DNA of 64,000 nucleotides from Octopus sinensis. Its lineage: Eukaryota. Location of the stretch: positions 75,702,001 through 75,766,000 of the forward strand of contig NC_043004.1 in assembly GCF_006345805.1 (NCBI RefSeq), written 5' to 3'. Below the pieces are notes generated by a model that saw only the letters and a program-made list of their open reading frames with translations, was not told the DNA's origin and searched no databases. Within the stretch, counting starts at the first letter, position 1. Every line of letters starts with the position of its first letter. Positions 13,308 to 27,183 of this stretch are shown in pieces. The position numbers and the translations under genes were made by a program.

Positions 13308-13510
13308 AAGTGGCGAGCTCGCAAAATCGTTAGCACGCCGGGCGAAATGCTTAGCGGTATTTCATCTGTCTTTACGTTCTGAGTTCAAATTCCGCCGAGG
13401 TCGACTTTGCCTTTCATCCATTTGGGATCGATAAATTAAGTACCAGTTGCACACTGGGGTCGATGTAATCGGCTTAATCCGTTTTTCTGTCCTTGTGGGT
13501 AATAAAGAAA
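13308..13510 (+). mobile_element. tRNA-derived SINE family B (representative copy)
   Basis: Head GGCGAGCTCGCAAAATCGTTAGC, B-box GAGTTCAAATTCC, core GTCGACTTTGCCTTTCATCC..GGGATCGATAAATTAAGTACC. Other copies: 9070-9290(+), 21515-21903(-, dimer), 34540-34745(-), 41495-41728(-), 51400-51620(-), 52170-52330(-), 63605-63832(+). Confidence 0.85.
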
Positions 13511-14620
13511 CATATAAACATACAGGACTATAGCAATGCAATTCTTTACACCTAGGGTTACTATACTTCTTAGTAGTGCAGAATACATCCTTATTACTCC
13601 ACTTCAGGGTTATATTGAGTCAAATATATATTTTACTGATGATGTTTCAGAAGAGTTTGGTGCAATAAAGTCTTATTTGCTTCCATATTTCTTTTTGTTT
13701 TTCCATAGCAGCAAATTCAAAATTTTGCTTGAAATGTTTCATAGCAGGGCTCTTTCCTCAATAGTTCTTTGACAGCAAAGATTTGGAAGAGTGCTGGTGT
13801 GTTATCCCGAGTTGACCATTTCCAAAGGCCTATGATCAAAGGCTTTCCAAGAATGACAATGCCATCTTGTTTTCAAATATAATATGTTTAGGACTACAAT
13901 ATCTAATATAATATATTTTTTTAAAGTTGATTGGATGAATGCTGCAGGCATGGCTGTGTGGTTAAGAAGCTTGCTTTGCAAACATGTGTTTTTGGGTTCA
14001 GTCTCACTGCACAGCACCTTGAGCAAGTTTCTTTCTTTTTCTTTTTTACGATAGCCCTAGTTGTGAGTGAATTTGATGGGAACTGTGTGAAAGCCCATTG
14101 TATATGTGTGTCTTTGTGTTTGTCCTCTCCCCCCAGCACCACCACCTGACAATTAGTGTTGGTTTGTTTACATTCATGTAACTTAGTTCAGCAAACAAGA
14201 CCAATAGAATAAGTACCAGACTTCAAAGGAAAATTACAGGTCGATCCATTCACACTTCATGACAGTGCCCCAGCATGGCCAAATTCCAATGAGCGAAACA
14301 AGTAAAAGATAAAAGGTAAGAAGTTTCAGGTGTCATATCATGGTCGTTAACCATTTTCATTTTAGAGCTATTTTCCAAATTCACCAAACAATCGTGTCAG
14401 ATTCTATCCAGTATCTTAGCACTTGGGATTTGGCATTATGTATGCTTCTTCAAAAACTGTATCTCTTTCTTTCTCTCTCATCTTTTATCTTGTAACTTCT
14501 CAGCTACCACTGAAACATAATGTAATTCCTGCATATACCATCCTCCTCACTACGAGACTGACCATCATATTTACAGATATAAATATATTTTGTGTTGAAG
14601 AATAAGGTTTTCTTTCAATC

Positions 14621-14656
<36 letters not shown>

Positions 14657-14900
14657 TCATCATCATCATTTAACTTCCGTTTTCTGTGGTAACACAGGTT
14701 GGACGGTTCGACCAGGGTCTGGGAAGCCAGGAGGCTGCACTAGGCTCCAGTCTGATCTGGCAGTGTTTCTACAGCTGGATGCCCTTCCTAACGCCAGTGT
14801 AGTAGGTGCTTTTTATGTGCCACTGGCACAGGTATCACAACTACAATTTCCATTTGGTATTTATTTTGATGTTGATGTACTTGACTCAATAGGTCTCATA

Positions 14901-15380
14901 TCATCATCATCATCATCGTTTAGCGTCCGTTTTCCATGCTAGCATGGGTTGGACGGTTCTACTGGGGTCTGTGAAGCCAGTAGGCTTCATCAGGCCCAGT
15001 CAAATCTGGCAGTGTTTCTACGGCTGGATGCCCTTCCTAACGCCAACCACTCCGTGAGTGTAGTGGGTGCTTTTTACGTGCCACCCGCACAGGTGCCAGA
15101 CAGAGCTGGCAAACGGCCACGAACGGATGGTGCTTTCTTTTTATGTGCCACTGGCACGAGGGCCAGGCGAGGCTGGCAACGGACACGAAACGGGGCGGTG
15201 CTGGCAACGGTCGCATATATATATATATATGAGTGGTTGGCGTTAGGAAGGGCATCCAGCCGTAGAAACACTGCCAGATTTGACTGGTCCTGATGAAGCC
15301 TTCTGGCTTCACAGACCCCAGTAGAACCGTCCAACCCATGCTGGCATGGAAAACGGACGCTAAACGATGATGATGATGAT
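14901..15380. repeat. Inverted pair of RTE tails (~150-bp arms, ~3 mismatches)
   Basis: 14901-15052 versus 15230-15380 share variants not seen in other copies in the window. Confidence 0.85.
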
Positions 15381-15439
15381 ACACATGCACAAGGGGATAC
15401 TGGAAAGTTTAGCATTATTTGCATCACATTCACTCCCTC

Positions 15440-16500
15440 CTAGAAAAAGAAGGAAAAGAAATCCTAGATCAAGCTTTTCCAGGGCTTTCCGAATCCTTTG
15501 TGATCAACACAGCTGAGGGGATTCTTCTTTTTGTTCTTGACAGTTATCTCTAGGAGGAGGAGAAATTTCAGTTGGCTCTCTGTCTGGTTCTTGAGGGACA
15601 AATGTTTGAATTAATCTTCCCTGGTGATGGAAATTGTTTTGTGGATACTGTGGTTTCGCGACCGTCTGGGTAATGGACATGAGTGTATTGGGGGTTGGCT
15701 TCGATTAAATCAACTTGGTACACGATAGAGTCATACTTGTTAGTGCGATTGTTCCTTTGAACAAGCCAGGTTCTGGGTTAAGAAGTCATGTTGGCATAGA
15801 GGTTCCTGTTGCTGAACGTCTTTGATAGTTAAAAAAGACGTTCATGAGGAGTGGCGTTAGTGGACGTACAAAGTAGAGATCTGATTGAATGCCAAGCGTC
15901 TGGAAGAACTGTTTCCCATGAAGATACTGGAAGGGCACGGGTTTTCAAAGAGAGTAGTACTGACTTCCAAATAATACCATTATATCTTTCTACTTGACTG
16001 TTCCCAGTGGGATTGTATGGCGCCGTCCTACTCGTTGCAATGTCCTTACTGAGGAGCCATTCTCTCAATCTTGTAGACATAAAGGCAGTTCCACGATCTG
16101 AATGTACATAACTGGGCATACCAAAAACAAGTCTGTAAGACACTTTATTACAGTCTACATTGATGTGTCAGATACTGGATAACCAAATGTAAACCGAGTA
16201 TATCCGTCAACAATTGTTAGGAGATAAGGATGCTTCGTGGACGGAATTGGACCTTTGAAATCGATGGAAATTCGCTCAAAGGGATGCATGGCCTTAATTA
16301 AGTTAGAGCATGTGCATTTAACGGGAAGAGGAAGAGAGAACGGCCATTCAGAATAATGTACAGGACTATGATTAAAAATTACTTTCTTCAATTGTCATGT
16401 ATAACCAGTAAATCCTGGTTTATCCATGACAATTAAAGAAACTAATTTTTAATCATAGTCCTGTACGTTATTCTGAATGGCCGTTCTCTCTTCCTCTTCC
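15440..16500 (-). mobile_element. Degenerate Ty3/Gypsy pol fragment (integrase and downstream region)
   Basis: Integrase motifs FERISIDFKGP (16155-16391) and HSDRGTAF...TAPYNPTGNSQVERYNG (15829-16143), broken by a frameshift. No LTRs seen. Confidence 0.9.
16324..16500. repeat. ~177-bp near-perfect palindrome
   Basis: GGAAGAGGAAGAGAGAACGGCCATTCAGAATAA... is mirrored by ...TTATTCTGAATGGCCGTTCTCTCTTCCTCTTCC with few mismatches. Confidence 0.9.
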
Positions 16501-16539
16501 TGTCAAATTCGCATGCTCTTTATATCAACGTTATTTGCA

Positions 16540-16720
16540 TAACAGACCTACTTGGAGGTGCAACCTTCCAAATTCTTTTACAGGACTGAGAAAAACTGGA
16601 AGGCCACTGCAATAAAGTGTGTGAATCTGAGAGAGGAATATGTTTAATAAAATCATAATTAACTGATCCTTCTGTGTTTTCTTTTACCCAAAGCCAGGAA
16701 CTTTTCAGCTCCTCTTTGTA
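16540..16720 (-). mobile_element. Partial mariner-derived MITE next to the Gypsy relic
   Basis: Reverse complement of the MITE at 54810-55022, including AAAGCCAGGAACTTTTCAGC. Confidence 0.65.
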
Positions 16721-17584
16721 TATTAATAAGTTTTGTGGCTAAATGGTCAAGTTATTTGGCTCACAATTGTTCGGCTGTGAGCTTGATGTCCTGCATCACA
16801 TTGTATCCTTGGGGTAAGGCACTTTATTTTATGTTCCAGTCCACTCAGCTGGTGAAAATGCGTTGGACCCGTATTTCAAAGAGCCAGATTTGTCACATTC
16901 TGTATCGTGCTGAATCTTTAGAACTATGTTAAGGGTACACATGTCTGTGGATTACTCAGCCACTTGCACATTAGTTTCAAGAACAGGCTGTTCCGTTGAT
17001 TGGATCAACTTGAACCCTCATCGCCATAACCAACATAGTACCAGTTATATATGTGGTTCTATTAAATTAGTTATGGCCTTGAATGATAATGACTGAAACC
17101 AATCTAAATTAGATACATGAGTATGTATATATATGTGTGTGTGTGTGTTGCTGTCTTCTTTGCCTTGACATAGCATGATAGTTGTAAACGAATGCCACCA
17201 TCATATAAGTGGTGTCGTTCATTTTCAATCATCTATGAAAACGTCTGGTGATGGGGAAATATTACCTTACTGGAAATGGGTGAGGATTGGTGACAGGAAG
17301 GGCATCCAACCATGGAAAGTTACTAAACTAGACAGAGCTTCAGGTAAAATATATGAAGGTGTAATTACCAACAAGATGGTGGAAGATCAAATCTAGATTT
17401 GTTGGAGAGTCTGTAATTTAAACATAGAAGCACTCAATACTGGCATGAAAGTAAAATTATGCAACCCATCTTGGAGTTGTTAGGTAACCATCACCATTTA
17501 GTGTCCCCTTTTCCATGTTTGAATGAGTCAGATAAAATTTGTTGAGGCTGATTGTCTTACAACAGATATTCTTCTTACCCTACT

Positions 17585-17725
17585 TACTTGTACTTGTGAT
17601 GGCGTTCACCCTGGGCGGGTTGAGCCAGCTTCTTCTCTGGTCCTGATGGCGGCCTACACTCGACGGTCCTGTGCGAGGTCACTGGAGATAGTGAGCCATT
17701 CGCGGTTCCATTCTTACCCATCCTC
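17585..17725 (-). mobile_element. 3' terminus of another RTE-like LINE with a CAAGTA-type tail
   Basis: Minus strand reads ...LAQDRRV*AAIRTREEAGSTRPG*TPSQVQVS, then CAAGTACAAGTAAGTA. CpG-rich. Confidence 0.5.
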
Positions 17726-20700
17726 AACTATTTCCAAACATGGTGATATTTTCCCCATGACCGGACATGTTCTCGCTTATACAGGTTTGGGGTTCAATCT
17801 CAATACATTGCACCTCGGGCAAGTGTCTTCTGTTATAGCCCTGAACCAACTCAATCCCTTCTGAGAAAGTTTGGTTGACAGAAACTGTGAAAGGCCATTG
17901 TATGTATATATATTGTTCATTCATCGTTTAACGTCCGCTTTCCATGCTAGCATGGGTTGGATGAATGACTGAGGGCTGGCAAACCAGATGGCTGCACCAG
18001 GCTTCAGTCTTGATCTGGCAGAGTTTCTACAGCTGGATGCCCTTTCTAATGCCAACCACTCCGAGAGTGTAGTGGGTGCTTTTACATGGCACGGGGCCAG
18101 TCAGGCGGTACTGGCAATCACCTCGCTCAAATCTTTTACACATGCCACCGGCACAAGTGCCAGTAAGGCGATGCTGGTAACGATCATGCTCGAATGGTGT
18201 CTTTTACATGCCACCGGTACAGAGGCCAGATAGCCGCTCTGGCTACGATCACGCTCGGATGGGGCTCGAGTGTCAGTAAGGCGACGCTGGCAACGATCAC
18301 ACTCGAATGGTGCCTTTTAAGTGCCACTGGCACTGAAGCCGAGTAGCCGCTCTATCAATGATCACACTCGTATGGTGCTCTTTGCACCCTGCTAGCACAG
18401 ATGCCAGTCATCGAATTTGATTTTGATATATATATATATATGCACACACACACGTGTGTGTCTTGGTGTCTGTTTGTCACCAAACCCACCACTTGACAAC
18501 CAGTGCTGGTTTGTTCACATTCCTGTAATCCAGCAGTTCAACAAAATAGACTGATAGCATGAGTACCCCTCTTAAAAAAAAATAATAAGCACTTGTCAAT
18601 TTCTGTGATTAAAACCCATCTAGGCAGTGCTCCAGCATGGCCATGGTCCATTGGCTAAAGCAAGTGAAAGAGAAAGATGCAAATAATAACAAGCAGTGAT
18701 CTGTGAAAGGCACATGTTTTTGGCAGGTTTTTTTTTTTTTCCTGTGAGTAGTCCCCCCGGCCCCCCATTGCAAGGTCAACCAGAATCAGTCTGTCTGCTC
18801 TATTTTAACTTGTTTCTTTTTTTAAAAACATAATCCCACCCAGACGTTGCACTTTTATCCATATTTCATGGCCTCCTTTCTGTGTGGATGTAATTAGACA
18901 TGTGCACTAAATCGTTTTACTTCCTTCACTTTCTGTTTTTTTTTTTATTATCATTATTATTTTTATTGCATTTCAGACTGAAATATCTTTTATTTGTTTT
19001 TTGTCATTAGACTGTGCCCATGCTGGGGCACCACCTTGAAGAGTATTTTAGCCAAACAAATCGACTACCATGTTTGTTATTTTTTATGTAAAGTCCGGTA
19101 CTTATTTTATCAGTCTATTTTGCCAAACTGCTAAGTTACAAGGACATAGACACACCAATATCAGTTCTCAATCAAGCAGTGGTGGGGTACAGACACAGAG
19201 ACCAATACACACACACACACATATCATCATCATCATCATCATCATCCTTTAACGTCCGCCTTCCATGCTAGCATGTATAAATATATATATCATCATCATC
19301 ATCATCGTTTAATGTCCGTTTTCCATGCTAGCATGGGTTGGACGGTTTGACCAGGGTCTGGGAAGCCAGGAGGCTGCACCAGGCTCCAGTCTGATCTGGC
19401 GTAGTTTCTACAGTTGGATGCACTTCCTTACGCCAATCACTCCGTGAGTGTAGTGGGTGCTTTTTTACGTGTCACTGGCACAGGTGCCAGAGGAGGCTGG
19501 CAACAGCCACGATCAGTCGGTGCTTTTTACATGCCACCGGCACAGAAGCCAGTCAAGGTGGTGCTGGCATCAACCAAGTACGGATGGTGCTTTTTACGTG
19601 CCACCGGCACAGGTGCGAGGGGAGGCTGGCAATGTCCACGATCGGTTGGTGGTTTTTATGTGCCACCAACATGGAAGCCATTCAAGGCGGCATTGGCATT
19701 GGCCACATACGGGTGGTGCTTTTTAGGTGCCAGGGTAGGTTGATACATATATATATTGATAGAAATGGTAAGACAACAAATGAACGAAAGTGACCTTGAT
19801 ATCATGTAAATAGAGGAATTTATCTGTAAATATGATATGTGACAATTATTCGGTAGCCATGATAAAACTCCGAGTTCCGGATGTTGGGGCAGAAACCCAC
19901 ACCACCATCTCTTCGGTTATATATATATATATATACACACACACACAAAATATGGGGGTTTAGTTCACAGATGATCTGAGCAATTAGGTACACTATGTAA
20001 GTGCTGTAACGGATTACTAGGGCTCCAAGGTTATAGCCGAGATGGTAGATATGGAGCCATTGCAGATTTCCGATATAGCAGATATATAATTGTTTAAAAA
20101 GATGACAAACGTTTAGGCAACGCAAACATCTCGAGTCTGAGCACTGTATACAATAATTTCATTATATTATATATTATATTATTAATGTGAAAATTTTTTC
20201 CAATAATAATAAAGTATATGACTTGAGATGTTTGCTTTGACTTAACGTTTGTTGTCCTCTTTAACAATTTTATGTATGTATATATTCACATGCACCCAAT
20301 AGGCTTCTTTCAGTTTCCATCTACCAAATCCACTCACAAGGCTTTAGTCAGCCTGAGGCTCTGGCACTCGCCCAAGGTGCCACACAGTGGGACTGAGCCT
20401 GGAACCAGGTGGTTAGGAAGCAAGCTTCTTACCACACAGCCACATCTGCATCTAAGTAAATTTTAACAGCTCTGTCAAAATTGTCCTCATTATAATATAT
20501 ATATATATATGTGTGTGTATGTATATATATGTGTGTGTGTGTATGTATGTATATATATGTGTGTATGTATGTATATATATGTGTGTATGTATGTATATAT
20601 ACATGTGTATGTATGTATATATATGTGTATGTATATATATATATATATATGGCGTTAGGAAGGGCATCCAGCTGTAGAAACACTGCCATATCTGACTGGC

Positions 20701-20809
20701 CTGGTGCAGCCTTCGGGCTTGCCAGACCCCAGTTGAACTGTCCAACCCATGCTAGCATGGAAAGCGGACATTAAACGATGATGATGATGATGATGATGAT
20801 ATATATATC

Positions 20810-21245
20810 AGGCGTGGCTGTGTTGTAAGAACTTGCTTCCCAACCACATAGGTCTGGGTTCAGTCCCATTGTGTGGCACCCTGGGCAAGTGTCTTCTACT
20901 ATAGCCTCAGGCCAACCAAAGCCTTATGAGTGGATTTGGTAGATGGAGACTGAATGAAGCCCGTCATATATATGTGTGTGTACGTGTGTATATATATGTA
21001 TATGTATGTTTGTGTGTATATATATGTATATGTATTTGTGTGTCTGTGTTTGTTCCCCCGCTATCTCTTGACAACCGATCTTGGTGTGTTTATGTCCCCC
21101 GTTACTTAGCAGTTCGGCGATAGAGATTGATAGAATAAGTACTAGGCTTACCAAGAATAAGTCCTGAGGTTCCTTTTTTTTTCACTAGAAATGGTGTTCC
21201 AGCATGGCAACAGTCAAATGACTGAAACGAGTAAAAGAATAAAAG
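20810..21245 (+). mobile_element. tRNA-derived SINE family A (representative copy)
   Basis: A-box TGGCTGTGTTG and B-box-like GGTTCAGTCCC, internal TA/TG tract, 3' end GACTGAAACGAGTAAAAGA. Other copies: 6000-6340(-), 13945-14315(+), 18990-19215(-), 30470-30660(-), 37892-38490(+, dimer), 39150-39505(+), 39560-39920(-), 41850-42140(-), 46660-46780(-), 55520-55800(+). Confidence 0.85.
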
Positions 21246-22871
21246 AACACCCACTCCCTAACTCTTTCTGTCCCTTTTCTTTCTCTGACCCACTCATAAC
21301 TGTTTGTGTTCCACTGATATCAAAGGTTTAGTCAAATAGCCTTTTTCCTTGTTTTTTTTTTGTTTCTTTTGCACAAATGCCTGGATTTGATGCAACCGAC
21401 TGTACATGTTCCTTTTCAACCATCCAAACACAAATTCTGTTGTGTATTTATTTGTAAGCACATGAACATCTTCCTGAACATGCACTGAAGGTCATGCTAA
21501 ACTGCATATAAATTCTTTTCTACTCTAAGCACAAGACCCAAAATTTTGGGGGTGAAGGCCAGTCAATTAGTTCAACCCTTTTATGCAACTGGTACTTAAT
21601 TTATCGACCCCGAAAGATGAAAGGGAAAGTCGACCTCGGCGGAATTTGAACTCAGAACGTAAAGACAGACGAAATACCGCTAAGCATTTTGCCTGGTGTG
21701 CTAATGTTTCTGCCAGCTTGCCACCTTATCGTTGACATAATATTCTTTTCTACTCTAGGCACAAGGCCCAAAATTTTGGAGGAGTGGGCCAGTCGATTAG
21801 ATCAACTCCAGTATGCAACTGGTACTTAATTTATCAACTCTGAAAGGATGAAAGAGAAAGTCAACCTCGGTGGAATTTGAACTCAGAACGTAAAGACAGA
21901 CAAAAACTGCATATAAATTATTTATCTGCAAACCTAGACCCACTTCTCTGTGATATTGTGCTTTGCTACTTCCTGTGCTTCCACTCCCCCTCTCAGCTGA
22001 GAGGTCTTCACCTTGCAAGTTACTTAGCAACCCTGCCGGCGTCACTGCTATGTAAAATGCATCTGTGCTGGTGCCACACTAAAAGTACCCAATACACTCT
22101 GTAATGGGATTGGCATTAAGAAGGGCATCCAGATGTAGAAACCATGCTAAAGCAGGCAGTGGAGCTTGGTGTAGTCCACGGAAAATGGACATAAAATGGT
22201 GCTGATGATAAAACAATTCTTTAATGCACAATATGAGACCAAATATCCTTATTAGTAAGCAGTTCTGAGACTGATGGCAAAATAACTGATGCACCTTTTG
22301 TATAGAATTAGAAACAATTACACCATCACCATTTGATGAGAATGAAGCCCCTCTCCCATGGGATTTCATAGTCTCTGGAGCTGCATGGCAGTATCACTGG
22401 CGCTGGTAGCATGCAGAAAGCACCTAATGAATGTTGTAAAGTAGATGACATTAGGAAGGGCATCTGGCCATAGAAACCATGCCAGGGCAATGCTGGAGCA
22501 CAATGCAGCTCATGGACCTATCAGATCTTGTCCAACCTTCCAACCCATGCTAATATGGAAGATGAGTGTAAATGATGATGATGATAATAATGATGCTGTG
22601 TTCTGCTTAAGCAGACATTGCATCAAGAGGTTACCATTCTAATTCCCAGTACGTCGTTTAGTCTCTAATTCAGTTTTGATTGAACCTACCTATTATGTAA
22701 AGAGATCAAGCCATGACAGCTTCTTCTTTCCTCAGCCAAGACAGTAGGTTATAATGTAAGAAACATGTAGCTGTTATTTCTAGCAGATCAACTAATCTAT
22801 AAATGTTGCACAGTGAAGGCACACAGCTTAGTGGTTTGGGTATTTAGCTCATGATCATAATACATATATAC

Positions 22872-23248
22872 CAGGTACGTGCTGTCAGTAATTACTCAGG
22901 GTAGGCAATTGGTAACCTTTATGTAGTAAAACAAAAAGTAAGCAAAACACAGGTGTGCAACTGAGTTGAAGGCAGGTTTACTTCTGCCTTTATAGCACAT
23001 AAAGAAAACGGTGTTGTAGGAGTGTATGCAGCATGTGTACTACAGCAGTAATATGTGAAGCTTAAATACTGAGATTGAAAAGCAGGAGGAAATTATGCCT
23101 ACCTAATCTACAAAAACAATATAAAATATTTTGTATTTTATGCATTGAATTAAGTGCATATTTTGCCGTAAAAGGAAAATGCTGCTATCAATCTATTCTA
23201 TTCAAGGTAGGCATTGCCTACCTTGCCTAACTAGGTAGCATGTTCCTG
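22872..23248. mobile_element. hAT-type MITE, 377 bp
   Basis: TIR CAGGTACGTGCT versus CAGGAACATGCT (10/12). Perfect 8-bp TSD ATATATAC at 22864-22871 and 23249-23256. Confidence 0.8.
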
Positions 23249-24895
23249 ATATATACATAGATACACAAAGATACATATATGAAGGAGTGAAAAAGTTTGC
23301 TTCCCAACTACATGGTTCCTGGTTCAGTCCCACTGTGTGGCACCATGAGCTAATGTTCTCTTATTATGTTGCCTGGCCATCCAAAGCCTTGTGAGTGGAT
23401 TTGATAGACAAAAACTAAAAGAACTATGTTATGATTTTAGCATCCACTTTTCCATTGTCACATTGGCTTAGACGGAACTGAAGGACACTGCTTGTATGAG
23501 AGTGACACTCGTTTACAAGTATCATGCAATGTGTCAAGGCAAAGAAGAAAATAAAACACACACATATATATATATAGATGACAGGCTTCCACAGTTTCCA
23601 TCTACCAAATTCACACAAGGATTTGATCAGCCTGAGGTTATTATAGAGGACACTTGCACAAGGTGCCACCCAGTGGGACTGAACCTGATACCTTGTGGTA
23701 GCAAAGCAAGCTTTTAACAACATAGTTATGCCCATATCTTCAATTACATAATTGTAAAAGGTTGTTTGATTGGCTTTCTTACTCCCAATGTTGACCTCAC
23801 TCTTTTGGCCTACCATCATTTCTTTTTTGTAACCTCACTCTTTTAGCTTCACTCCATATTGTCTTGTATCGCTTTCATCTTCATCATTATCATCATTTAA
23901 TGTCTGTTTTCCATGGGTTGAGTGGTTTGCCAGGAGTTGACAAGGCCAGATTCCATTGTCTGTTTTGGCTTGGTCTCTATGGCTGGATGCCTTTCCTGAC
24001 GCCAGTCACTTTACAGAGTGTACTGGGTGCTTTTTACACAGCACCAGTACCAGTGATTTTTATGTGGACCCAGCACCTGTGCTTTTTACGTGGACCCAGC
24101 ACCTGTGCTTTTTACGTGGACCCAGCACCTGTGCTTTTTACGTGGCACCAGTGTTTTTTTTATGTGCTTTTATTCAATCTTCAAGAAGCTCTGCCATGAA
24201 AATTCCTTGTCTCGAGATCAACCCTACTAACACCATAATGTTTCTCTGCTTGCATCAATTCACCTCACTTTGCTGTAATGAAGTCCTTCTCTCAACACCC
24301 AATACTAAACTGTATGCAAATGATTTTATTTAGAACTGCATCTATTTCGAAGTCACATCCAGCGTATTTGTCTCTCCAGTTATTAATCTATTGAAGTTTG
24401 AAAGAAGTAAAAAAAAACATATATATTTCTAATCCAGATTTACCGAAAGAACCTTCTAGCAATGAACTCTCCCTTTCTACTTTTTTTATTGTTATTTTAC
24501 AATTTCTTTTTTCCTCCTTTAATAAAGAAAAATGGCAAGTCGGAAGAAAGATATTTCACAGGCCACCAAGAAAGAAAAAAAATAATAGTATTGATTTTTC
24601 TTTCCATTACTTGAACATTTCTTCATATACACATCTTGTTTTTCGTTGCTCCAGCTTTAAATATCGTCCATTACAGCATATCTTATAGTTTTGATTTAAT
24701 ATTTAGTTGTATTTTTGCTTTGTAAGCTCAATAAAATATATTTTCAATTACAAAATTTTCAATCATTTTTCCAGAGTGTGTATTTATTCCACACACCCCA
24801 CCATGTCATACTCTGTCTTCTGAGAATTTTTAAAGTTCATAAAATATCGTTCGAGATACTCTTCTGCTTTTTTGTCATTTCTCTATTGGTATGGC

Positions 24896-24928
<33 letters not shown>

Positions 24929-25209
24929 GTATGCATGTATATATATATATATATATGTGATGTTTTAATATTTTTCTTAGTCATTGTCATACTAATAACT
25001 TTGTGTAGAACTCAATATACGTATGCCTCTGGACAAGGTGTTAGTTGAGTACAGAAGGCACTCAATTATGAGTCGCCCTCCCCTCACATCTTATAGTGGA
25101 AACGGCTGTAAGGTAATGGAGTTAATAAGATAACCATTTGTTCCTTTGTCATCTCTTTTCTTATATGTATATATCATCATCATCAATCATTTAACGTCCG
25201 CCTTTCATG

Positions 25210-25262
25210 CTAGCTTGATATACATATGTATGTATACCTATATATATAAATAGATTGATAGA

Positions 25263-25331
<69 letters not shown>

Positions 25332-25600
25332 ATATGTATGTATATATGTATGTATATAAGTATGTATGTATGTATGTATGTATATATGTATGTATATAAG
25401 TATGTATGTATGTATGTATGTATATATGTATGTATGTATATATGTATATATGTATATATGTATGTATGTATGTATATATGTATGTATGTATGTATGTATA
25501 TATGTATGTATGTATATATGTATACTTATGTATAAATATATTGACACACTAATATATATATAGATATATATGTGTGTATACTTATAAATAGATTGACACA

Positions 25601-25659
<59 letters not shown>

Positions 25660-25842
25660 ATGTATGTATACTTATATATAAATAGATTGACACATTAATA
25701 TAATATATATATGTATATATGTATACTTATATATAAATAGATTGACACACCAATATATATGTATATATATATATGTATACCTGTATATAAATAGATTGAT
25801 AGACATGAATGTATGTATACCTATATAGAGATAGATAGACCA

Positions 25843-25879
<37 letters not shown>

Positions 25880-25880
25880 T
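25210..25880. repeat. TA/TATG microsatellite with an embedded minisatellite
   Basis: About six degenerate TATAAATAGATTGACACAC-like units interspersed with (TA)n/(TATG)n. Confidence 0.85.
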
Positions 25881-26413
25881 TCAATTAGAGGTTAAATTAG
25901 CCTTATTAAGGGATAGTATCATCCAATGAATTACTGGTTCAATACCTAATATTTGTTGTAAATAATAATATTCATAAAACAATAGGTTTATGTATAAATC
26001 ATAGTTCATAATCATTCAAAAGAAACTAAGAAAATGGAGATACAGAATTCAATAAAACTTTATTATCTGCAAAAATCAAACATGTCAGGGACTACGTTTG
26101 ATTTTTGCAGATAATAAATTTTTATTGAATGCTATATCTACATTTTCAGGATAAAATATCCGTTTTACTACCAGTATAATTACCTATGTTGACCCTGGAC
26201 ATAGATATGCAAGCTTAATATGCTCATAGGTTACAGGTAATGACAAAGATAAACATGAGTTTATCATGAATCAAATTTAAGGTAAAAAGAAAATGGAGAA
26301 ATATTGATCAACAGCAATTCACTAACATCAATTATTACTTTTTAATACAAATAGACTGTAGATGTTAGTCAATTGCTGCTGATCAATATTTCTCCATTTT
26401 CTGTTTATATATA

Positions 26414-26464
<51 letters not shown>

Positions 26465-26673
26465 GTATGTATATATATGTATGTGTATGTATATCATCAT
26501 CATCATCATCATCATCATTTAGCGTCCGTTTTCCATGCTAGCATGGGTTGGACGGTTCAACTGGGGTCTGGGGAGCCCGAAGGCTGCACCAGGCCAGTCA
26601 GATCTGGCAGTGTTTCTACAGCTGGATGCCCTTCCTAACGCCAACCACTCCGAGAGTGTAGTGGGTGATTTTA

Positions 26674-26960
26674 TGTGCCACCGACACAGGTGCCAGACGA
26701 GGCTGGCGAACGGCCACGCTCGGATGGTGTTTTTATGTGCCACCGACACAGGTGCCAGACGAGGCTGGCAGACGGCCACGCTCGGATGGTGTTTTTATGT
26801 GCCACCGACACAGGTGCCAGATGAGGCTGGCAGGTGCCAGACGAGGCTGGCAGACGGCCACGCTCGGATGGTGTTTTTATGTGCCACCGACACAGGTGCC
26901 AGATGAGGCTGGCGAACGGCCACGATCGGATGGTGTTTGTTGTGCCCACAGCACGGAGGC
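26674..26960. repeat. 62-bp tandem repeat in the RTE 3'UTR
   Basis: Unit TGTGCCACCGACACAGGTGCCAGACGAGGCTGGCGAACGGCCACGCTCGGATGGTGTTTTTA starts at 26674 and 26736 and recurs with partial copies. Confidence 0.9.
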
Positions 26961-27183
26961 CAGTCGATGCGGTACTGGTTACGGCCACGTTTGGGTGGTT
27001 TTCTTGTGTGCCACCGGCACTGGTACCACAAAGAATACAATTCCACTGATGTTCATCTATTTTGATTTGTTTTGATTTGATTTGATTTTCACTTGCCTCA
27101 ACAGGTCTTCATAAGTGTCACAAGAAGGAAGGTATGCACAGGACTGACTACGTCCCAGGTCGGGGCCACGGGTTATGGCCTGA

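Noticed and set aside
20810-20880. tRNA genes at A/B-box motifs
   Set aside because: These are SINE heads continuing into SINE bodies, with no complete cloverleaf.
25191-25604. YI/MYV/HT-repeat ORFs here and at 20429-20774, 30011-30451 and 32758-33302
   Set aside because: Microsatellite translations.
26674-26960. Regular repeats resembling a CRISPR array
   Set aside because: Contiguous tandem units with no unique spacers, inside a eukaryotic LINE 3'UTR, and no cas genes.
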